NCBI RefSeq assembly: GCF_006345805.1
Contig: NC_042999.1
Span: forward strand, 114,700,001-114,764,000
DNA: 64,000 bases
From: Octopus sinensis
Lineage: Eukaryota
Direction of reading: 5' to 3'
In this document: positions 52,901-64,000 of the stretch, piece after piece
Layout: each line of letters starts with the position of its first letter
How positions within the stretch are numbered: the first letter of the stretch is position 1
Made by a program: the position numbers and the translations under genes
The notes under the pieces: generated by a model
Database searches by the model: none
Seen by the model: only the letters and a program-made list of their open reading frames with translations
Told to the model about the DNA's origin: nothing

Positions 52901-53776
52901 CTCCTTAATTTTATTCCTTTCTTCCATTCATACTTCTACAAGATACTCTCGTTCTTCCCCACATTCATTTATTTATTCATTGATTCTTCCTGGGATTTCA
53001 GTTCTAAATATTTTTTAAATAGTTTTTTTTTCCCCTTCATATTATAACTGCGTTCTTGTTTAGTCGCACGTTGGTCCTGATCGAAGACAATCCACCTGAG
53101 ACCATTTCCACTTTTTTGCGATGCATATGATTGCATTACTTAACATACACACTTAACTTACTAAGGTGTTAGTCTAATGAGATTTGGTTGATATTTCTTG
53201 CAGACTAAGCGGCTACATAAAGCAGAAATTGGTAATTTTCTTTCAAGAATTGTGCCGCATGAGACATGACTCATCATCAGGAGAGCCACACAATGAAAAA
53301 AATTCAAGGTAGGTTTTTTTTGTTAGGCATGTCATTCAGAAAATCGTGCAGGCCACAATTTATCCATGACGGACGTAAAGGTTTCCATTTTAGCTTGTGC
53401 TGTATTTTAATGAAAAAATAAATAAAACTATCAAAGGGAAATAACTCAAATACCAATGGCAAGAATTTGAATAATTAAATTAAAGGGTTGAATATTCCAT
53501 CATCTCTTTCCATATATTTACATTTTAACCGCCCTCACCAACACCATAATTTACCACCATCTTTCTGACCCTTTACATACACACACACACACTAATACAC
53601 ATGCACACATATTCTCGCTGTTCTCCCTCTCTTCTCCTCTCGGTATTACATATAATCCTTTCCTATTTCTATAAGTCTTCTCATGCTTTTCAGACTCTTT
53701 CCGAATTTCATCCATTATTTCAGAGGGACTTTTTTCTCCTTTTTCTTCTTTTCCTTTGTTTATTTTCTTTCTTTCT

Positions 53777-53823
<47 letters not shown>

Positions 53824-53942
53824 CTTCATCCGCACTAAACTTCTTTTATTTTTCTATATCTTCATATGTATGAACTCTTTATCTCTTTTATCTCCTTTCA
53901 CAGCTCACGCCATCTTTCTTCCTTTCTTACTTTCACTCTCAC

Positions 53943-53998
<56 letters not shown>

Positions 53999-54365
53999 AC
54001 ATCCATATACATATGCACACTCTACATATCTACCTAGCTTTATATATGTATATGTATATATATATATATAATATATATATAATATATATATATATATACA
54101 TACATATATATATATACATATATATATATAATATATATATATATAGATATACATATATAGAGATAGATAGATATATAGATAGATAGATAGATGATAGATA
54201 GATAGATAGATAGATATATAGATAGATAGATAGCTGTGTATATGCATATGTATGTATTTCTCCTTATCTCTTCACTGGCAAAATCTCACACTCTCAGTCT
54301 CTCTTTCTCTCCCTCTCTCTTCCTCCCTCCCTGTCAATCTATTATTGCATCTATCTATCTTTCTG

Positions 54366-54519
<154 letters not shown>

Positions 54520-55371
54520 AATCTATTTATCTATCTATCTTATCCATCTTCAGCTTTATTCCCCTTTCCTTATTCCATTCCATTCAATCAATCGATCCAG
54601 TTCTCGGCAATGGCAATAGCAGCGGCAGCAACAGCAGCAGCACGTGTCAACTTAGCGATCATTCATTCAAACTCACCACCGCCTAATATCCATGCAACTC
54701 GGCAAGTCAAAAGTACTGCGATAAGTAGATTTTTATTTGAGAAATTATGTGAATAAATGAATAGAAATGAATTCCGCTATTGAAATTTGAATGAATCTGT
54801 AAGAGGGTCATCGATTAGATGGCAAATTCTTTGCTAATAGCCAGACCTTTTAGGCTAGAAGATGAGGGCTGATTAACTCGATTTCTTTGTGTTCCATTCT
54901 GATTTATGCATACTTACGTATACGGTAGTCGTACATTAACATGGCGCATATATTTCTTTGTATGTGTGTATATGTTTGTGTATGCGTGTGTATATGTGTG
55001 CTTGTGTATCTGTGTGTGTGTGTGTATGTGTGTGTGTATAGACACGCATTCTGTCTCCCTCTCTTCATTCTCGCTCCCCTTTTACTCCCTCTCTCTCTCT
55101 CTCCCTGATGTATATATATATATAAAGAGAGAGAGAGAGAGAAAGAAAGGAAAACGAGAATGGAGAGGAGAGAGAGAAATGAGATATTTAAATATATATA
55201 TCTATACATATAAACATGTAGCTTTGTAAATATCAAATATACACACAAATATTACATACAAGCATACACAGATACACACACAGTCACAAACACGCATATA
55301 TATTTATATATAGATAGATAAAACATATATGTATTTGTACATGCACACACGTATACACACATATACATACA

Positions 55372-55417
<46 letters not shown>

Positions 55418-55861
55418 GTGAGACAGAGAGAGATGCAGACATGCATATATGTACACATATGCATTCAAAGATAAACATAAATGCATATGTACATATAATT
55501 CAAATTTTCATAATAAAAAGGTTTTTAGCATATTTACACTGACGCAGATTCCCATTTATGAAGGCATGTATACATTTGTACATACATCTTTACAAACAAA
55601 CACACACGTGTGTGCGTGTGTATGTATGCATGCATATACATATATATATGTTGAATGTACGTGTGTGTGTGCGTGGAGGGGTAAATACGCATATTGAAAG
55701 ATATCCATAAGCATATAGATGTATGCATACACGCATTTACACATATATATACGTGTTGCTCGAGCACGTGTTTTACACAATATATCAAATCTATATAGAA
55801 ATACATGCTGCATAACCACACTAAAAATCTTAACTCAGTGACACGCAACTATCTTTGCAAA

Positions 55862-56255
55862 TCTCTCTATATATAAAGCTGAAGTTGTTTGTGTATGGCA
55901 GGTTTGGTAGCCTTCAACTAACACTATCTCCTCCGAGACCCTGCTGCGCAAGTTGACGAAAATTGAGCGTATGATAAAAGAAGGCTTGCTCTTTATTCCA
56001 TAGATGATAAAATTCAAATCGGACCATGTTAAGACCAAAAATTATTTACATCAAAAAGGTGCTTTTTTTCTATGAAAATCCCTATTTTTTACGATGTTTT
56101 GGCTGCTGTGTCGCCATCTTTCGGTGTATTTCAACCAGAAAAAAATGTTCACTTAAAGAGAATAACAAGCTACATAATGCAAAATTTTTACTTTTTAAAA
56201 ATTCCAATTCTAAAGAGTCGAAACAAACCCGACCAACGCCGGGCGATACTGCTAG
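55862..56255 (+). mobile_element. probable non-autonomous Helitron
   Basis: The 5' end is A|TCTCTCTATATATAAAG. The 3' GC hairpin CCCG-ACCAACGC-CGGG (56228-43) lies 8 nt before a terminal CTAG (56252-55). The next base is A rather than the usual T. Confidence 0.55.
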
Positions 56256-56553
56256 ATTAAGCTAATCCTAACTTCTAATTTTCTAACCGTTGAAGATTGT
56301 TGGACATTTGTTTGAATGCTGGTTTTCGTTGCGTCAGTCACAGATAGCTTAGATTTCTCTTTGCCTATCACAGAAAGTTGTTGTTTTTCTTTTATTTATT
56401 TATTTATTTTTTGTTTTGCTGTTATTCTTGCTACTTCTGTTGTTGTGGTGGATTTTGTTGCTGTGGTGGTGTTTGTCGCTGTTCTTGTTATTTGCTGTCC
56501 TCAGGTCAGCATAGAACAAGCTGACCTCTGATACAGAGGTAGTATGAATATCA

Positions 56554-57125
56554 GAAGAGCTCCAAACAGAGCGAATTCAGTGACTTTGCAGATTCCACGG
56601 CCGTAGCAAACGGTTCTCGTCAATCAGCAACATAAATAAGAGTGCTTCTATGCGCCACGAGTCCTTATGGGAGGTTCTCTCAAGGTAACACAGTACTCTG
56701 TGTTCTAACACCACGTACACTTTTAAGTTGGAGAAAAAGTTTAGTTTTCGGTATTCATATTCCTTCTGTCGATATAAATTATGTTTTTAATAAGCCCACT
56801 GGCTATTTGCAATATTAGTGCCTGAATAGACACTGATACATTCTATATATCGTTGACCGAAGTTTCGACTGTTATGACGCGACCGGATGTCTGAAACTGA
56901 AGAGCTCAAGACAGAACGAAATCACTTGATCTAGCGGTTACGGCGACCGTAGCAGACGGTTCTCGTCTGTGAATGATATAAATACGAATGCTTCTATGCA
57001 CCACGAGTCCATAAGGAAAGGGCCTCTCAAACTAAATAATGCAGAATTCTGTGTTCTAACATAACCGCCACGTTAAGTTGGAAATAGAGATTACCTTCTA
57101 GCATTCATACTGCTTCTGTTGCTAT
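56554..57125 (+). repeat. diverged tandem duplication, 345 bp period (56554-56775, 56899-57125)
   Basis: Shared blocks GAAGAGCTC, CCGTAGCARACGGTTCTCGTC, TGCTTCTATGCRCCACGAGTCC, CTGTGTTCTAAC, TTAAGTTGGA and CTTCTGT occur in the same order. Confidence 0.85.
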
Positions 57126-57420
57126 GGGCAAGTGTCTTCTACTCTGGCTTGGGGCCAACCAAAGCATTGTAAGTGGAATTGGTAGACGAAAACTAAAAGA
57201 AACCCGTCATGTGTATGTGTGTGTTTGTCCCCCACCATCGCTTGACAACTGATATTGGTGTGTTTACATCACCATGACTTGGCGGTTCGGCAAACCTGGC
57301 CCATAGAATAAGTACTAGGATTACAAAGAATAAGTCCTGGGGTTGATTTGTTCAACTAAAGACGGCACTTCGGCATGGCCGCAGTCAAATGACTGAAACA
57401 AATAGAAGAATAAAAGAAAA
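57126..57420 (+). mobile_element. SINE family A, 5'-truncated
   Basis: Runs from GGGCAAGTGTCTTCTAC to GTCAAATGACTGAAACAAA. Confidence 0.85.
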
Positions 57421-57443
57421 GAATATATATATATATATATATG

Positions 57444-57852
57444 TATAGAAAATAGTAAAAAGTGAAAAAACTACAGAAGGCTTGTTTTAAAAGGTTAAAA
57501 AAATATATATTTGAGTCATTATGTCTGAAGAATGTTATAATTTTTTTTCATACAATGACATAGTTTTTGAAGAAATGACCGGTTTCGCGTTCAGCTTTTC
57601 AAATTTCTTACATCGTTTTGTTTACGTTGAGAAGTGTGAAGAAGGGTTCCAGATAAGGGGAGGTAATAAGTGATTTCTTCCGGTGTAAGAAATTTGAAAA
57701 GCTGAACGCGAAACCGGTCATTTCTTCAAAAACTATGTCATTGTATGAAAAAATTTATAACATTCTTCAGACATAATGACTCAAATATATATATTTTTAA
57801 CCTTTTAAAATAAGCCTTCTGTAGTTTTTTCACTTTATACTATTTTCTATAT
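57444..57852. mobile_element. foldback element (arms 57444-57615 and 57681-57852) carrying a decayed hammerhead
   Basis: ~172 bp near-identical inverted arms with a 65 bp spacer, starting at a (TA)n tract. Confidence 0.85.
57629..57726 (+). ncRNA. type I hammerhead ribozyme, C3 mutated (GUGAAGA)
   Basis: Stem I GAGAAGT/ATTTCTT; GTGAAGA 57636-42; A; GGGTTCCAG..CTGAACGC (imperfect); GAAAC 57710-14; palindrome ACCGGT; GUC 57717-19. Confidence 0.55.
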
Positions 57853-57887
57853 ATTCAACCACGTGTTTTCACACACCAACTTTCTCA

Positions 57888-57949
<62 letters not shown>

Positions 57950-58312
57950 TATATATATATTTACATTTATTTATATTTCTTATTTTCTTTATATTCTTTA
58001 TACCCCCTTTACATCTCCTTATATCTCTTTATATCTTTATGCTCTACATTTTATATTTTTCTATACTTACACATTTATACATTTTTTACCCCTCGTCCTG
58101 AATCTCGCCCCTCCAGCTTCACGTCTATATATGTATTTATTTATTTACCATTACTTCAACATCCAATTTTCCTCATTCTACATTGAGAGAAGAAAGAGAT
58201 GGACGCTTCAATTCTATGCTGCTGCCGCATTATGTCGTACGCGAATGAGAGGATTTGCATCCCCAACCAAGAATTTTTGATGTAACACATGTCCTTGTGG
58301 AAGCTGTTGTGC

Positions 58313-58390
58313 GCGGCTGAAGAAGGCCACAGACATACATTATGCATTGTTATAAATCTGTCTAATAAAGGCCCGAAACATATGTACCGC
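58313..58390 (+). ncRNA. type I hammerhead ribozyme, intact core
   Basis: Stem I GCGG/CCGC; CTGAAGA 58317-23; A.C mismatch then GGCC/GGCC; GAAAC 58375-79; palindromic stem III ACATATGT; GUA 58384-86. Confidence 0.72.
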
Positions 58391-58433
58391 TGAATCCTTC
58401 GCATCATGTTTTTATTTTGATCAATTATATATA

Positions 58434-58555
<122 letters not shown>

Positions 58556-58736
58556 GGAGACAGAGAGAGTGAGAGAGAGAGAGGGAGACAGACAGAGAAC
58601 AAAGTGTACGTACGCCGCTATGTATATTATATAATTTTTTTTTGTACCGTCTATCTGGATGTTTTGTTGTCCCTTTTTGTATCACCTAGTTGTCCGAATG
58701 TTTTGCGTTCTTATCCCATTTGTATTTATATATATA

Positions 58737-58767
<31 letters not shown>

Positions 58768-59555
58768 ATATTATACCGAGATACAGCAGGTGCAAACAAC
58801 AAGCCTAAGACATCTCAATACATCTAAGGGAACATCCCCTTCTTTAAGAATGTACCAGATGTGACACAAGCTGCATAGATTCATGCAACACTATTAGATG
58901 CACAAAATCCTACACATAACGGACAGTTGCAGTGCCAAATCTATTTTGTTTCCCTCAGGAATTATTATTATTATATTATTATTATTATATTTATATTATT
59001 ATTTGATTGAACGCCACACATCCATTTCCAATTAAGTTTATCCTAATCTTTTTGAAGCGACTCTACTCTATATTGTTTTCTCCCCCTATCGTTTTCCCTC
59101 TCATCCTTTCTCTAACTTCTTTTTTCTCCCCTTCACCATTTTCTATCTGTCTCTCTCTACCCCTCATTCTTTTTACACTCTCTCGTTGCTCACACGTGAC
59201 CATCGTCCATCTTTATTTTCCTCATGTAATCATCTTTCTTTTCCTTCAGGGCTGTCCTAAAGACTGGACGTATCCTAACTCTCTCTTCTTCCTTTTCTCT
59301 TGTCAAAGAAAATATTTCTCCAACGTTCGCTATTTTACCCTCGTTTTGGTCTAACAACCCTCCATAAATCCAAAATTTTATTTTGGTACTTATGGAGCAA
59401 CTATCTTCGAAAACTCATATTGTCCTTCAATGCTCGAAATGAGGAGTAGATAGACAGCTGACAACTTTGACCTGTACCCATATATGCATACATACATACA
59501 TACTACATACATACTACATACATACATACATACATACATACATACAGTACATCAT

Positions 59556-59609
<54 letters not shown>

Positions 59610-59696
59610 GAGGAATCTGTTATATAAAATCATAATTAACTGATCCTCCAGTATTTTCTTTTACCTAAAGCCAGGAACTTTTCAGCACCTACTCGT
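59610..59696 (+). mobile_element. mariner right end, same family as 9424-9618
   Basis: ATAAAATCATAATTAACTG...GCCAGGAACTTTTCAGCACCTACTCGTA matches the 9424-9490 and 9591-9618 ends. Confidence 0.7.
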
Positions 59697-59841
59697 ATAG
59701 AAACATGATTTTTCAAAAACTGCTGTAGATTTCTTACATTTTCAGTTTAGCCTTAGTCTTTCCTTCTTTGTAAATTATATTTTAATATTTGAGTGTAAGA
59801 AAAGTGAAACGATTTCATTTTGTATTCGAAACCGTTTGAGC

Positions 59842-60193
59842 TGATTCAACTCGCAGAGTATTTACTATTCACTCACTATATATGCCACTCTCTGGCGACC
59901 ATTCCGCAAAGTAAACGAGTAATGAAGACATATACCAATAAGTAATGGTAACACACACAAACACACATACACACACACACTCGCGTATGCATGTATGTAT
60001 ATTTACGTTACCATTTCTTATTGATGTGTGTGTGCGTTACCATTACTTAATGATGTACGTCTTTATTACTGGTTTACTTTGCAGAATGGTGGACAGAGAG
60101 TGGCGTATAAGTGAGTGAATAATAGTAAATGCTTTGCGAGTTGAATCAACACATACGTATGCATGTAAGCATATTTACGTTACCATTTCTTAT
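59842..60193. repeat. foldback (arms 59842-59959 and 60025-60148) interleaved with a 38 bp direct repeat (59984-60021, 60156-60193)
   Basis: TGATTCAACTCGCAGAGTATTTACTATTCACTCAC is mirrored by GTGAGTGAATAATAGTAAATGCTTTGCGAGTTGAATCA. Confidence 0.8.
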
Positions 60194-60358
60194 ATATATA
60201 CATATATATATAGGGAAGGGGCTGGTGACACAATCTTTTCATTCACACTTTGAATTTGGTGATACTAGTTGCGGATTCTAGCTCGCTCTGATACTGAGTT
60301 GAGTTGGTGCCTTCTAGTATCTCAAAATTCAATATATAATCATTTATGATTATAGTAT

Positions 60359-60458
60359 TCTACGCTGAAGAGAAAAGAAGTTTTGGTAAGGTAGAATTAT
60401 TTAATATTTAATTCTTATGCTTTCCTAAAAACTTGATTTCGAAACGTGCGTCCGTAGA
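60359..60458 (+). ncRNA. type I hammerhead ribozyme, intact core, long stem II
   Basis: Stem I TCTACG/CGTAGA (6 bp perfect); CTGAAGA 60365-71; stem II GAAA/TTTC extended by AAGTTTT/AAAACTT and AGAATTA/TAATTCT; GAAAC 60441-45; loop GTGC; GUC 60450-52. Confidence 0.85.
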
Positions 60459-61406
60459 TAACTTAAAATTGTATGATAGATTGCCGTCAATTCATTCTCT
60501 CTTACCTGTTTGTGTCTGCCTTCCAATTGCTGTTTTTACTGAGATCTCCCTTTTTAGTAGAAGAAATAGCTATAACTCTTTGACTGCTATTTCTAAATTC
60601 GGTATGTGGTAAGGCAATTCGTTGCTAAACCCTTTATTGCTTAGTATTACATATATATATATATATTAAATATGTGATTAAGAGGAAAGATCGTAAGAAA
60701 TTATTATGGGGTGAGAAAGTAGCTTTAATAAAACTGAAAAAGGTAATTTGATTAATATGACGTGGGATTAATATACAGGAGGAGGAGCAGAGGGAGGAGG
60801 AAGTAAAAGAGGAGAAAGATGAAAGCTGGAGAAGTTAAAGGAGGTGGTGTTTCAGCTTAGAGCCTCTCCATCAAACCCAGATAAACCAATAAGAACGCAA
60901 ACGAATTGAGAAAGAGACAGGAGAGAGAAGAGGTGAAACCAAGCAGTCAGCTTAATCAACAAAACAGCAGCATGACAAACAAAGTACGTCTGGTGCTTTT
61001 TATACTGTAAAGCTAGCCTCCCTCACTACCTGCTTACTTCGTATAGTTTCATCGTCATAATTTTAGTTTCCGGAAATCGCTAGTAAAAGTCTGCCGTTGA
61101 TGACCAATCAACATCGCATTAGCCTCTCTTGCTGCCTGGTTGCTGTTGTTACGTTTCACCGTTCACCACACCTTTTCTTCTCTCGAAGTTTTAGAACGAA
61201 CAGAAAAAGCTATTATTTATTGTATGACGAAGGTAGCGAATGTGTGCATTGATATTTATTCTCTATTATTGGTTTCTGCTATTGGACTTTTGACTAGATT
61301 GGGGTATCATCATATAAATATATTTTATCTTTTACTTGTTTCAGTCTTCAGACTGCGGCCATGCTGGAGCACTACCATGAAAAATGTTTCAGTCGAATGA
61401 ATCGAC

Positions 61407-61506
61407 NNNNNNNNNNNNNNNNNNNNNNNNNNNNNNNNNNNNNNNNNNNNNNNNNNNNNNNNNNNNNNNNNNNNNNNNNNNNNNNNNNNNNNNNNNNNNN
61501 NNNNNN
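61407..61506. other. assembly gap (100 N)
   Basis: Run of N directly after a SINE A tail fragment (61320-61406). Confidence 1.
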
Positions 61507-62042
61507 ATATGATACTTACTATATCTATTCAGAATCACATACTTTTCATTTTAAGACAACACGTGTTCCATGACAGTATGTCGGTATTGTTGAGATATAA
61601 GTTCTCTAGTTTCAATACTCGATTAGATCGACGTACTCCCAATCTTCAGGTCTGGATTCTACACATTTATTACTCTATCTACATCCTATATAACTCTATG
61701 ATAATCGAAATTATTTAAGTAAAAATCGTTAACGTAATTTTACTTTACAAATTAATGAATAAAAATAAAAATAGAAATGATGAATGAACCTTAAAAATTT
61801 AAGGAATAAAAGAGGATAAAAAATACGAATAAAAATACGGAATAAAAATAAAAATAATGAACCAAACTACAGCCGGCTATTACCAGTAAAGGTTTTAGTT
61901 GCCTATTTTGTACAAGACATTGTAGATCTTTAGTTGGGCTAAAAAGTCACATTCGATCACAGCACCAGTAACAGTTAAGCTTCGTGCAATGGCCATACAC
62001 GATAACGAGGGGGCAGCCATAAAAATATATATATATATATAT

Positions 62043-62076
<34 letters not shown>

Positions 62077-62205
62077 GGCCTGCTCGCTTAGCCAACGGGG
62101 TGGCGTCATTCGAAGGCTAAAACAATGTGAACGCATTGTGACCAGCGATGTGTAACTACATCTGATGGACTGGTCGGTTACGTGATCACGTGATCACATA
62201 TATAT

Positions 62206-62237
<32 letters not shown>

Positions 62238-62502
62238 GGAAATAGAACTATAAATAGGGCTTCTCAGTCCAATATATACATGCTATTTATAGCTTCATGT
62301 GTGCTTCGACCTTCATTCCAAAAGCGTATTATTTCACGTTCTCTACAAAGTTTATAAATTGTTATGACGTCAAAAATACATAAACATATATACATATATA
62401 AAATTAAATATTAATTATAACTGAGGGTACACAAATAATAATGATATCTTTATTTATTGATATATATAGATAGATAGATAGATAGATAGACAGATAGATA
62501 GG

Positions 62503-62595
<93 letters not shown>

Positions 62596-62660
62596 CTATT
62601 AATTATTACTGAGGGCATACGAATAATAATAATAATAATAATATCTTTATACACACACAC

Positions 62661-62692
<32 letters not shown>

Positions 62693-62805
62693 ATATACAA
62701 ACACACACACATGCGCGAATATACATACGTTGAAAAATAAATGAAATGGGAAATAAGGAAAGCTTCTAAGGCAGAAAGTTTAAGTAAACATACATACATT
62801 CATAC

Positions 62806-62868
<63 letters not shown>

Positions 62869-62940
62869 AATAATTGTTCCACGTCCTGCGTTGGTGTTGT
62901 TTTTCTCTTTTTTTCTGTGTTTTCTTGTTTGGATTAACTA

Positions 62941-62985
<45 letters not shown>

Positions 62986-63568
62986 GAATATATAGCCTGA
63001 GAGAGATGTACATGTGTGTGTGTGTGCGTGCGGGGATGGGTGAGCACGCGCTCATGTGAATCCGTATATGCATTTATGTTGTTTAACATAACATTGCTTG
63101 TTGATACAAGACCAGCATTTAATCGAAGTGGTAACTTAGCTAATCGACAGAACATTGAACGGCATATAATTTATCAGACTGGAATATGTACTTGTTCGTT
63201 TATGATCGCCGAAATAACACTCAAGGGCAGCGCCCTTAGTATGGCTATAATGACTCAAAACAACACCCGGTTAGTAGAATTTAGAACTGTATAGGACCAT
63301 GTCACTTTTCTTTTTAAGTCGATGAGTGTGATATGAAGGAGACTTCGCTGCTGCTTCTAATAGGTTGTGAGACCACAAACACTGTTCTTCGTTGACACGT
63401 CATAGGGTGGTACATCGTAGATTCCGATTTAGTCCATGAGAGATGACCTATTTGATGAGTGCCAACAAGTTAACTGTAACATTAGATTTGAAAGCAGTTT
63501 AAACGGAATTATAGTTTCAATAACGAGAAGCCACTTGACTAATCTCTCCCCCTCTCACACTAGGAACT

Positions 63569-63663
<95 letters not shown>

Positions 63664-64000
63664 CTTGTCTACCTATCTATCTATTAAACAAATAAATTGA
63701 TTGATAAAAGGATGGGTTTATGAATAATTAGGTAGATAGAAAGATAGATAAGTTTCTTTATTGGCCACACAGGGCTGCACACAGATGGGACAAGTTACAA
63801 GGTAGAGCTTTTCTTTTGGGGGATGAAAAAAAACAAAAAACAAAAAAAAAGAAACAAAAAAATGGTGGCATAAGTTTTCGATCAAAAGGGATCGTAAAAG
63901 GGGAAAAAAAGAACAAAAAATAAAATTTTAAAATTTATAAAAAAATAAAAAAAGGAAAAGGAACAAAAGAAAAGAGAAATGAAAAAAAGAAGAAAAAAGG

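Noticed and set aside
56855-56866. Minus-strand GAAAC-TTCG-GTC (hammerhead 3' half with a UUCG loop)
   Set aside because: No upstream CUGANGA or stem II partner.

Overview
This is eukaryotic, very AT-rich, microsatellite-saturated DNA. No host protein-coding exon can be supported, so it is probably intergenic or a large intron. The tRNA-derived SINE families look like those of octopus (coleoid cephalopod) genomes, which is my recognition and not a database result. The window holds dozens of copies of two tRNA-SINE families, two 3'-truncated copies of a Tc1-like element whose catalytic spacing is DD36E, mariner and DD41D remnants and MITEs, LINE remnants (CR1/L2-like 3' end, REL-endonuclease type), a probable non-autonomous Helitron, and a 100-N gap. 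The main signal is a set of type I hammerhead ribozyme motifs from at least four sequence-unrelated families. Five have an intact CUGANGA/GAAA/NUH core (6373+, 15668-, 15781+, 58313+, 60359+) and several more are mutated or partial. Most sit in 400-600 bp foldback elements whose arms point the ribozyme outward on opposite strands, the geometry expected for inverted pseudo-LTRs of Penelope-like elements. All folds were paired by eye and none was computed.
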